NCBI GenBank assembly: GCA_965198225.1
Contig: CBDAOY010000005.1
Coordinates: forward strand, 544,001-608,000
Reading direction: 5' to 3'
DNA length: 64,000 nt
Origin: Terriglobia bacterium
Lineage (GTDB): Bacteria; Acidobacteriota; Terriglobia; 20CM-2-55-15
The notes below the pieces were generated by a model. The model searched no databases. It was not told the DNA's origin and saw nothing but the letters and a program-made list of their open reading frames with translations. Positions 53,985 through 62,963 of the stretch are shown piece by piece. The position numbers and the translations under genes were made by a program. The number at the start of each line of letters is the position of its first letter. Position 1 is the stretch's first letter.

Positions 53985-55273
53985 CGCAACAAGAAAAGAG
54001 GGACCCTATGACACGCGAGAAGCTTCCGTCTCTGCCGGGAAACGTCGATTCGGATGTAAGCCGGATTCTCTACCGTGCATTGGAAGGCGAAGAGATTTCC
54101 TGGAAGGAGGCGCTCCGCCTGTGCGAGACAAGCGGAGCGGATTTCCACGCGACGGTGTTTGCTGCCGACCAGCTCCGGCAGCGCCAGGTGGGCGACCGGG
54201 TGACCTACGTCATAAACCGCAACATCAACTTCACCAACGTATGCGTGAAGCATTGCGGTTTCTGCGCATTCAGCCGGACGTACCGCAACGAACAGGGCTA
54301 CATGTTGAGCACGGAAGAGATCGTTCGGCGCGCGCGTGAGGCGGTGGACATGGGGGCGACGGAGGTTTGCATGCAGGCCGGCATGCCCCCGGACATGGAT
54401 AGCTATTTGTATGTCGAGCTGACGCGAGAAGTGAAAAAAGCGGTTCCGGAGGTCCATATCCACGCGTTCTCTCCCGAAGAGGTGCTCTACGGCGCGACGC
54501 GTTCGGGGACCTCAATCCTCCAGTATCTGGAAGCCCTGAAGGAAGCGGGGCTCGGATCCCTGCCCGGCACTTCGGCCGAAATCCTGGACCAGGAAGTCCG
54601 CGACATGATTTCCCCCGGACGGATTACGGTCAATGAGTGGATCGAAGTCATCACCGCGGCTCATGGCCTGGGCATCCCGACGACTTCGACGATCATGTAC
54701 GGCCATATCGAGACACCGAGGCATTGGGTCCGCCACATGGACCTGTTGCGGGATATTCAGCACGACACCCATGGCATCACTGAATTCGTTCCGCTTTCGA
54801 TGATCTCCGAGGAAGCCCCGATGTATCAGCATCGCCGGTTCGAGAATATTCGCCCCGGTCCCACCGGGATGGAGGTTATCAAGCTCCATGCGGTCGCGAG
54901 GCTGATGCTGGGAGCTTCGATCCCGAATCTCCAGTCCTCCTGGGTAAAGGAAGGTCCGAAGATGGCGCAGTACCTGCTCGCGGCCGGCGCCAACGATGTA
55001 GGGGGTACGCTGATCAACGAAAGCATCTCGACCTCGGCCGGTGCGCAGTACGGTCAGCTGATTCAGCCCCGGGAGCTGCGGCGGATGATCCGGGATGTGG
55101 GACGCATACCCGCCCAACGCAAGACCAACTACGATTTGCTCAAGGTATACGACAGCGACACGGCCGAGGCCGAGGGCGTCACGCCGCTGGACTTCGTCGA
55201 AGACGCCGACGAGCGATTCGGCTCCTACAGCAAGCTTACCGCAGCGAAGGAATTCCGTTACGCCCGGAAATAG
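53981..55273 (+). CDS. cofH: FO synthase subunit CofH
   Basis: NRNINFTNVCVKHCGFCAF, IHAFSPEE, SLPGTSAEIL, TSTIMYGHIE, QSSWVKEG, NDVGGTLINE; ATGA-coupled to cofG. Confidence 0.9.
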   Translation: MTQQEKRDPMTREKLPSLPGNVDSDVSRILYRALEGEEISWKEALRLCETSGADFHATVFAADQLRQRQVGDRVTYVINRNINFTNVCVKHCGFCAFSRTYRNEQGYMLSTEEIVRRAREAVDMGATEVCMQAGMPPDMDSYLYVELTREVKKAVPEVHIHAFSPEEVLYGATRSGTSILQYLEALKEAGLGSLPGTSAEILDQEVRDMISPGRITVNEWIEVITAAHGLGIPTTSTIMYGHIETPRHWVRHMDLLRDIQHDTHGITEFVPLSMISEEAPMYQHRRFENIRPGPTGMEVIKLHAVARLMLGASIPNLQSSWVKEGPKMAQYLLAAGANDVGGTLINESISTSAGAQYGQLIQPRELRRMIRDVGRIPAQRKTNYDLLKVYDSDTAEAEGVTPLDFVEDADERFGSYSKLTAAKEFRYARK

Positions 55274-55317
55274 CTTGAACTTGATAATGCCCTTTCGATT
55301 ATCGGAGGAATCCACCC

Positions 55318-56694
55318 ATGAGCTCTTGGAAAACCATGTTCCAACTGCCCGGTCGGACGTTTTTTGGCAACCGGGACGCGCGATCCCTCCGGTTGGCATT
55401 CGTCGCGGGGGCGATCCTGCTCCTTCTGATTCCCGCCACCGGGCTGGCAATGATGCAGCGCTCCCCTGTCACGCGACCCTATGTCGAGTTGCAGCATCCA
55501 GCTATCCGGTATTACACGAGCACGCCCACCGACCCGGTCGCAAAACTCATGGCCCAAGTGAAAGAGGGAGAGGTCGCGCTCGATTACGACAATGCGAACG
55601 GATACCTGCCGTCTCTTTTGAGCGAGCTGGACATCGACGTGTCGTCACAACTGCTCGTCGCATCCAAGACGAGCCTCCAGATCGACCTCATCTCGCCCCG
55701 GACTCCCCGAGCCATCTACTTCAATGACAGCGTCTACATCGCGGCGGTGCAGGGGAGCTCGGTCCTGGAGATCTCGACGGTCGACCCGAAGTTGGGGGCA
55801 GTCTTCTACACCGTCGAACGGGAGCCGGACCTGGGAGCGAAGTTCGAACGCAAGATGGGCCTCTGTCTTCAGTGTCACAATCCGTCGTTGCCGAGCCATG
55901 TGATGACTTCGGTCATTCCGGACCCGCGCGGCCAGCCCATCTTCACGGCCGGTCTCTTCAGCACTAGCGACCAGAGCCCGTTTCCGGAACGATGGGGTGG
56001 GTGGTACGTCACCGGCACGCATGGCGGCCAGGTGCATATGGGGAACCTGATCGCCGACGTCCCACCGTCCCCGCCCGGAATATCGCGCACCCCGGTGAAG
56101 GTGGACCGGAGCGAAGGCGCCAACCGTACCGAGTTGGTCGTGGACACCACGCCCTACCTGGGTGATCACAGCGATATCGTGGCGTTGATGGTTTTGGGTC
56201 ACCAGGTGAACGTCGGCAACCTGATCACGAACCTGGGCTACGAAACGCGGAAGACACTCCACGCGGAGCAGGACCGCGAGGCAGGGGACTTATCGCCGGA
56301 AGCGCGGAGTCGCATCAAGGAAGCGGCCGACTTGCTGGTGCGAGCGATGCTGTTTGTCGGCGAGGAGCCGCTGACGTCCCCGATCGACGGCACGTCGGGC
56401 TTCACCGATCATTTCGCGAGCCGGGGGCCGCTAGACAGCGAGGGCCGGTCGCTCCGGCAACTGGACCTCAACCGGAGGCTCTTCCGCTACCCGCTCAGCT
56501 ACCTCATCTATTCCGACTCTTTCCAGGGTCTGCCCGAGATCGCCCGTCATCAGGTTTACCAGCGATTGTGGGATGTGCTCGGGGGTGAGGACCGGAGCCG
56601 CACGTTTGCGCACCTGTCCGAGGTAGACCGTAGAGCGATCCTCGAAATCCTGAAGGACACCGACCCGGGGTTCGTGGCGTGGCGGGCGGAGTAA
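55318..56694 (+). CDS. Exported single-CxxCH (putative c-type heme) protein
   Basis: Hydrophobic leader, SKTSLQ..ISPRTPRAIYFND, CLQCH, RWGGWYVTG, FRYPLSYLIYS. Confidence 0.8.
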   Translation: MSSWKTMFQLPGRTFFGNRDARSLRLAFVAGAILLLLIPATGLAMMQRSPVTRPYVELQHPAIRYYTSTPTDPVAKLMAQVKEGEVALDYDNANGYLPSLLSELDIDVSSQLLVASKTSLQIDLISPRTPRAIYFNDSVYIAAVQGSSVLEISTVDPKLGAVFYTVEREPDLGAKFERKMGLCLQCHNPSLPSHVMTSVIPDPRGQPIFTAGLFSTSDQSPFPERWGGWYVTGTHGGQVHMGNLIADVPPSPPGISRTPVKVDRSEGANRTELVVDTTPYLGDHSDIVALMVLGHQVNVGNLITNLGYETRKTLHAEQDREAGDLSPEARSRIKEAADLLVRAMLFVGEEPLTSPIDGTSGFTDHFASRGPLDSEGRSLRQLDLNRRLFRYPLSYLIYSDSFQGLPEIARHQVYQRLWDVLGGEDRSRTFAHLSEVDRRAILEILKDTDPGFVAWRAE

Positions 56695-57025
56695 CCCACA
56701 GTACCGCTGCTCAAGTGACGCGCTGAAAGAGGCTGGTGCACCTGATCGGATTGGCCGAAGCCCCAAGGCTTTCCTCTGCTGCCGTCCGACCGCCCAAGGG
56801 GTTTGGCTATCCAATTTGCTATCGAATGCGAGTGACGGCTGGCCGCTTAGGAGCCGTCGGTGATGGGCATTGATCGTGACAGACAATGATCGACCCCGGG
56901 CAGATGTTTGAATAGGGCAGAATCGTGGGCGCGTACGCCAAATTCATGGCCTTTCGCTTCGCGAACGGCCCCTCGGCGCAGCGGTACGACTGAGAATAAT
57001 CGTCTATGGAACCGTCTCAGAAAAC

Positions 57026-57170
57026 GAACGTCTTGATAGACGATATATGAACTACATAATGTTCTGGATACTATGGCCGTTAACTGTCGCAAACAGGCCG
57101 CGTTTAGTCTTTTCTTGGACGCCGCGTTGAAAACCGTCGCCTGCATCGGCAGCGCCACTCGTTCGCAGGA
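57026..57170 (+). repeat. Diverged copy of the 18105-18247 res/resolvase-start region
   Basis: 30-bp identical core CTTTTCTTGGACGCCGCGTTGAAAACCGTC with colinear flanks. Confidence 0.8.
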
Positions 57171-57205
57171 TCGCTCCGGGCCGACCAGAAAGCCCGGTCC
57201 GCCCG

Positions 57206-57610
57206 TCAGAGGCGTTTTTGAATCCATCCTTTCCACACCAGATAGAGCACCAGCACAGTGAAAGGCAGGACCACAAAAACCGTCAGAGCCACGGTGAAGA
57301 AGAACCGCACCAGCAACCACAACGAGACGTAGAAGGCGATAACTAAAAACAGCCCCAACAGCAGATACCGATAGAACTTGCGACCGAGGTCCGCCATCCC
57401 AGGAAACCGGGCCAGTCTGGCCGGTGAATGTTCTGGCCCAGATCCGGCGGCAGCCCGATCGCCCGCAAAAATCGCAACCTTTCCAGAAGGGAATGCAGGC
57501 TCGTCGCGCTGGTTGAATGCGGACGGCCGCGCAGCCAGCTCAGACGGGACTGGCCAATTGCGGGATCGTTCTTCAGCATGTTTGGATCTAATGGGGTGGA
57601 CTTTAACCAC
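57206..57610 (-). CDS. Hypothetical membrane protein
   Basis: 134 aa ORF just downstream of the TBDR; two C-terminal TM helices. Confidence 0.5.
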   Translation of the reverse strand: MVKVHPIRSKHAEERSRNWPVPSELAARPSAFNQRDEPAFPSGKVAIFAGDRAAAGSGPEHSPARLARFPGMADLGRKFYRYLLLGLFLVIAFYVSLWLLVRFFFTVALTVFVVLPFTVLVLYLVWKGWIQKRL

Positions 57611-57616
57611 AGGCTT

Positions 57617-60600
57617 CTAGAACTCGTAGCGCAAGCCAAACTGTATGACGCGCGGCGGGATCAGCACCTGGGAGTAGTTGCCAAAGCTGCCGGGGAAGAC
57701 GAACGAGAGCGTTTCCCAAGCGTCGGGGTTGAACCGAACGCTGTTCGTCACATTGAAGGCCTCGGCCCGAAACTGAAGGTTGTGTCCCTCGAACGGCATC
57801 GGGAAGCGCTTTCCGATGGCCATGTCAATCGAGAATATCCCGTCGCCGCGCAGATTGTTCCGTTGCCCGATTTCGCCGGGCAAGACTTGCCGGAACGAGG
57901 CCAATGCCGCTGCGGGATCGCTGAAGACGTTCGGTCCCGTGCCCCCTCCGATCAACCGGGCGTTCTTCGTGTTCGTCTGTTCCGGGACCGGTCCCACCGG
58001 TTCGGCAAAATGCTGATAGCAATAGCATGTCGGCCAAGCCAGACCGTTCAACACACTGAGGGGAAGGCCTGACGTCAAGCGCAACAATCCGCTGACCTGC
58101 CAATCGCCAAGCACGGCTTGGCCCGCCGGCCCCAGGCTGGGCAGCAGAGGCTTCCCTTGGCCGACCGGCAACTCGACGACCCAGTTGGCGTTCCATTGGT
58201 GGCGCATGTCGAAATCGGAGACGGCCCGCTGCGCCTCCCGGTCCCAGGAATTGATGACGCTGAACGTCGACCAATAGGTGTCTCCCGGAATCTGGCCGAA
58301 CCTTTCACCCTGGCTGCGGCGGGCGCCAACCGACACCAAGTCCGTGGACTTGGACAAGGTGTAGTTCAGGTGGAACTGGTACCCTTGCGAGAAGGCCTTG
58401 CGCAGCGATACCTGCATCGAGTGATAGGTGGAGGTTCCGAAGGACCGGAGCGCATCGAAGGCCCAGAACTGGGGGTTCATGAACGTCCCTTGCCCCAGAT
58501 CGCTGCAGAACGGGGCGCAGGCGTAATCGAGATAGTAGAGCGCCGTGCCGGTATCGGGACTGCTGGACCGGATGACGTCGTAGACGCGCTGAGTCGCCGT
58601 GGCCTCCGGTTTGGCGGCTCCGGAATAGACGTTCTCCCAGAACCCGATGGGCGACACGTCTCCGGTCGGCACCCCGCGGCGCACCATGCCTTCGAGTTCC
58701 TGGAGCGAATCCATCAAATATTCGCCGGACGCGGGATCCCTGAAGTTGGTGTACTGAGCCGCGGCCGTGTCGTTGACGAGCAGTCTGCGACCGAGTCTGC
58801 CAACATAGCCGACCTCCACGAGGAACCCGCCGTCCAACTCACGGGCGATAGAGAAGGTGGGGTTGATGCTATAGGGCGGCCGCACGCTGGAGTCGACTCC
58901 CTGGCTCCATCCCAGTCCGGTTGGGTTTGGCGTGCCCGGCCCTCCTGGCGGTGGCGGCAAGATCCCTCCAGCGGGGGGGTCTGAAATCCCGGCGAAGCGA
59001 GGCGCCGTCGCCACAGTGAAGTCCTGCTTGGTCACCTTGCTGGTGAGGCCGAACGCGTTCCGGTCCAGCATCTGCATCATGCCCATCCCGAAGCTGCTGT
59101 AGAAGATGCCCACCCCGGCCCGGATCGATGTCTGGCCCGGGCTGCCGAACAGCTTGCCCAGAAAACCATCGGAGACATCCGGCGAGAAGGCCACGGAAAG
59201 TCGGGGCGAGAAATTCTTGTAATGGGTGGCCCACAGCGGGCCCCCTTGCGCATCGTCGGCCGGCACGAAGCCGATGGGTCCTGCTTCGCGGGAGGGACGG
59301 CCGTTCGCCGCCAAGTCCAGGCGCTGAGCGATGTAGGAGTCGAGATCCGGCGTGATGCTGACCTGGAGTCCATTCACCTCCCGAACCGGTGGCATGATGG
59401 ACCAACGCAGGCCGGCCGTGATTGTCAAGCCGGGCCTGACGCGCCAGATGTCCTGGAAGTAGAGCTCCAATTGTTCCGCACCGAAAGTTCGGCTCGTGGG
59501 GTCTCCCAGGGGCAACGGATTGCCCTCCAGGTCGTAGTTGTAATTGGCATCGTAGAAGTTGAGGACCCCCAGGGCGGTCGCCATGGTCTCCCGGTAGACT
59601 CCGGGGTTGGCGGGCGGGACGGGGAGCGGCCCGTCGAAGATCGTGGAGGCGTCGGGAAATGCCCAGGCGGCCTGTTTCGCGAAGTGATAGCTGCTGTCGT
59701 AACTCAAGCTGCGATTCCGAGTCGAAAAGAATGCCCCGCCGAACTGCAGGAAGTGCAGGCCACGTGTGACGGAGAAGTTTGCCGTCGCTGTCTGCGTCGG
59801 CACGTAGGTGTCCCGGGGAGTCGTCGCGCCCAGGATATCGTCAATGATGCTGTCTCCGAGACTGGCCCGGGATGCTGTCTGGACACCCGAAACATTCAGC
59901 TTCTGGGCACTGAATCCGTAGCGGAAGGCGCCGATGACGTTGCCGCCGAACGTGCCGTCGTATCCGAATGCCAACCCGCGGCTGGTGTCGGCCGTCTCGC
60001 TGTTAGAGGGCTGGCCGGGAAACTGGGGCACGCTCGAGATGCGGTCGTTCTGGTAGTTGGCACGCAGGAACATGCGGTGCAGACCGGTGCTATCGGCCGC
60101 CCAGTCGATCTTGGAAACGAATGTGTTCCAGGCCAGGGGCGTCGAGGCCGTGAACCGGTATCCCGCCGTGTTCAAGCCATCTCCGACGGTGGAGTCGTTC
60201 GGTTCCGGAAAGGACCCGAAGTATTCGAGAGTGGCGGGATTGGGACCCGCCTGCAGAGGATCGATCCGGGTGCGGATGAATTCCGGATCGAGCGTCTCGA
60301 CATCCCCGCTGGCGCTCCTGTACCGGACGAATCCATCGCGCATCGAAGCCGTCGGAACCCGGCGCACTGCACTGCCGTCGCTGGCGTCCCGGCGGCCTTC
60401 GTAGTTCACGAAGTAGAAGAGACGATCCCTCTTGACGGGGCCGCCGATGGAGCCGCCGAAGACATTGCGGATCAGCTTGGGACGATCGACACCGGCCCTG
60501 TTGTTGAAGAAATCATTCGCCGCCGTAATCGTGTTCCGGTGAAATTCGTAGAGCGATCCGTGGACCTCGTTGGTCCCGCTTTTCGTCACCAGCGACACCT

Positions 60601-61327
60601 GCGCACCCGACGAACGGCCCTGGTCGGCATTGGCCGTGGTCGTCACCACACGGAATTCCTGAATCGAATCCAGCGTGTTGCGCAGCACGCTGGTGAACGG
60701 CGTGCGTCCGTTCTGATCGTTCACATCGACCCCGTCCAGCGTCACGTTCGACTGGTCGCTCTGGGCTCCGTTCACCGAACCATTCCGGATATCCGCCGAT
60801 CGCTGGGTGTCCAGCGGGTCCGCGCTGATGAAGGTGACACCCGCCTGCAGCGAGAGCAGCCCGGCCGGATTTCTTGCATTCAGCGGCAATTGGCTGATCG
60901 GCCTGATTCCAAACGCGTTCCCAACTGACGCATCAGTGGTATTCAGCTGTTCGGCCACGGCGGACACCGTGACGGATTCGGTGAGCGCCGCGACTTCGAA
61001 TGTCACGGGAAGCTCGACGTTCGTGTTGACGAGCAACGTGACGCCTTCAATAGTCACCGATTGGAAACCCGTCTGGGTCGCCGACAGCGTGTAGGAGCCG
61101 GGTGGGAGCTGGGCAAAGATATACAGCCCCTCATTGTTGGACAGTATGGTTCGCTGGAGGCCGTTGGCGGCGTTGGTAACGGTGATCTCGGCGCCGGGGA
61201 ACACGGCGCCGCTCTCGTCGGTGACCCGTCCGCTCAAACTGCTGGATTGAGCGTGAGAATCTGGAGCGGCGAGGGTGATTGCCATCAGAAAGATCAAGAA
61301 CAGAGAGTAGAATCGAATTGGTTCCAT
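57617..61327 (-). CDS. TonB-dependent receptor (Oar-like)
   Basis: Signal peptide, LSGRVTDESGA, DSIQEFRV, TKSGTN, FRAEAFNVTN, PRVIQFGLRYEF. Confidence 0.93.
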   Translation of the reverse strand: MEPIRFYSLFLIFLMAITLAAPDSHAQSSSLSGRVTDESGAVFPGAEITVTNAANGLQRTILSNNEGLYIFAQLPPGSYTLSATQTGFQSVTIEGVTLLVNTNVELPVTFEVAALTESVTVSAVAEQLNTTDASVGNAFGIRPISQLPLNARNPAGLLSLQAGVTFISADPLDTQRSADIRNGSVNGAQSDQSNVTLDGVDVNDQNGRTPFTSVLRNTLDSIQEFRVVTTTANADQGRSSGAQVSLVTKSGTNEVHGSLYEFHRNTITAANDFFNNRAGVDRPKLIRNVFGGSIGGPVKRDRLFYFVNYEGRRDASDGSAVRRVPTASMRDGFVRYRSASGDVETLDPEFIRTRIDPLQAGPNPATLEYFGSFPEPNDSTVGDGLNTAGYRFTASTPLAWNTFVSKIDWAADSTGLHRMFLRANYQNDRISSVPQFPGQPSNSETADTSRGLAFGYDGTFGGNVIGAFRYGFSAQKLNVSGVQTASRASLGDSIIDDILGATTPRDTYVPTQTATANFSVTRGLHFLQFGGAFFSTRNRSLSYDSSYHFAKQAAWAFPDASTIFDGPLPVPPANPGVYRETMATALGVLNFYDANYNYDLEGNPLPLGDPTSRTFGAEQLELYFQDIWRVRPGLTITAGLRWSIMPPVREVNGLQVSITPDLDSYIAQRLDLAANGRPSREAGPIGFVPADDAQGGPLWATHYKNFSPRLSVAFSPDVSDGFLGKLFGSPGQTSIRAGVGIFYSSFGMGMMQMLDRNAFGLTSKVTKQDFTVATAPRFAGISDPPAGGILPPPPGGPGTPNPTGLGWSQGVDSSVRPPYSINPTFSIARELDGGFLVEVGYVGRLGRRLLVNDTAAAQYTNFRDPASGEYLMDSLQELEGMVRRGVPTGDVSPIGFWENVYSGAAKPEATATQRVYDVIRSSSPDTGTALYYLDYACAPFCSDLGQGTFMNPQFWAFDALRSFGTSTYHSMQVSLRKAFSQGYQFHLNYTLSKSTDLVSVGARRSQGERFGQIPGDTYWSTFSVINSWDREAQRAVSDFDMRHQWNANWVVELPVGQGKPLLPSLGPAGQAVLGDWQVSGLLRLTSGLPLSVLNGLAWPTCYCYQHFAEPVGPVPEQTNTKNARLIGGGTGPNVFSDPAAALASFRQVLPGEIGQRNNLRGDGIFSIDMAIGKRFPMPFEGHNLQFRAEAFNVTNSVRFNPDAWETLSFVFPGSFGNYSQVLIPPRVIQFGLRYEF

Positions 61328-61593
61328 TTGATTAAATTCTCCTTACCTTTACCCGGACCGCCACAGGCTGAAGCACGTCCGGCGGGGAGAGCAGGATCAC
61401 CTCCGCGCGCGGGGGACTCTTTTCTCTTGCTCGACGTTCCCGGCATCATACTCGAATGAGAATCGTAAGCTACCGTATTACACCGTAGAGTCGACGACTG
61501 GCGCGGTGGCGGTAGGCAAAGGGGGTAGCTGTTGCCGGTGGCTTTCGCCGATTCCGGTGCCTCACTCCTCGCCGTGGCTTCGTTTCCAGTCGC

Positions 61594-62912
61594 ACCGGGT
61601 GGCCGGAGGCAGTTGCCCGCCTCCGGCTCCCACAGAACGCAGCGTGCGGATTTCCCGCACTGCGCTCTTCAGAATTGGATTTACAGCACAGCGAGAGACT
61701 GGAACTCCCGATAGCGGAGAGCCAACTTGGGACGCTGTAACGGAAAGTGCAGCCGAATCCGGTTGAATACTTCCCACCGGACGAAGCCTGCACGACTACG
61801 ACTGCTGAGCATTTGGCGCCAGTAACGTTCCACGGCCCGAGCGACGTGCTGCAGAGCCTCGGTTCAGATTGTGCACTTGCTCCCGGACCGGCAAGTGACG
61901 CATTCGCCTCATCACGCCGCGTAGATGAGCCAGACTGCGTCGAAGTCGAGACTTCTCACCGCGTCGGCCGGAATTTCGCTCTCGCTTATATCCGCACCTA
62001 CCGCGCAGGGCTCTAGGTCGATGTTTGTCTTCTCGGTTGCCCGCCCTTTCGTCTGCGGGTGCCACATCATCTCGACCTTACCTTCCGCTCGGACGATACC
62101 AGGCCTCCCTGGGTCACTCGCGTCTCTTCTCCACCGTGTCGCCCGCACACACCTTGGTGCGATGGGGTGGAACCAATGCGCCTTCGCCCCAATAGTGCGG
62201 GCTCGACCATTCCCCATCTTTGGCCGACCGGTTCATCCTCGGGATGGCTCCCGTCGATTACGACCCGGTGGTTCTCCTCATGCCCTTCAGACCCCACCTC
62301 GCGGTGGGCGCCCTGCCCTCCAAAGTTTCCGTAGCTGGCTCCAGCTTTGCCTTGGCCGTATCCGGCTTTCGCCTTCGTGCCCGTTTAGGCATCTGCACTA
62401 CCTGTCTACACTTCGGCCAGTGAGGCATTACCCCCACTTGTTGGATATCGACCCGTGGCCTCGGGCCGAGCGGGACTTTAACCCGCCGGAAACGCGTGCT
62501 GCCAGGCACGCACTATCAGCCAGTCTGACTTCCGACAGGCCTTCGGGTCTTCCTCGCGTTGTTGGCTTGTCCAACCCTACAAGCTCCGCTTGAACCTGAC
62601 GGATCTCCCTTGTTCCCATGAAATCCTTGGTTGCATGCCGGCGGTACGAACCCCGGAAGCACCCCAGGGCACTTGCCATTGCGTGCCCTGCGATTCCGCC
62701 TTCCCCCTAGAGCGACAGGGTCGGCTACTTCAACCACGTTCGATTTCGGGGCTATCTTTCCGTTCACTGGTGTTCCGGCCTACTCCCTCCCTGTCTACGC
62801 TTCGCAGTGTCCGTCACCGACCACCACGCAAGACTCGGTACGTGGCTGCCGGCTAGGCTCTGCCACGGCCGCCATCTCAGGCGACTGGATCTCATGCGCT
62901 TGCAAGGCGCAA
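61594..62912 (-). mobile_element. Group II intron B inserted between DV and DVI of intron A; RT mostly deleted
   Basis: 5' TTGCGCC; DV GAGCGCAGTGCGGGAAATCCGCACGCTGCGTTC; end CCACCCGGT; maturase C-terminus VERYWRQMLSSRS..LQRPKL..LAVL*. Confidence 0.85.
61960..62513 (-). mobile_element. Group II intron C, 5' portion only, inserted inside intron B
   Basis: 5' GTGCGTGCCTGGCAGCACGCG follows AGTCAGACTGGCTGATA of B; no DV of its own found; lower boundary approximate. Confidence 0.72.
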
Positions 62913-62963
62913 CGCTCATCGAACCGGACATGCGGATTTCCCGCATCCGGCTCTCGGACGAGA

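Noticed and set aside
53981-55273. MqnC/MqnE menaquinone enzyme
   Set aside because: Translational coupling to a clear cofG favours CofH.
56798-56835. Further Tn3 inverted repeat
   Set aside because: Starts with GGGG but lacks the TAAG end and has no partner.
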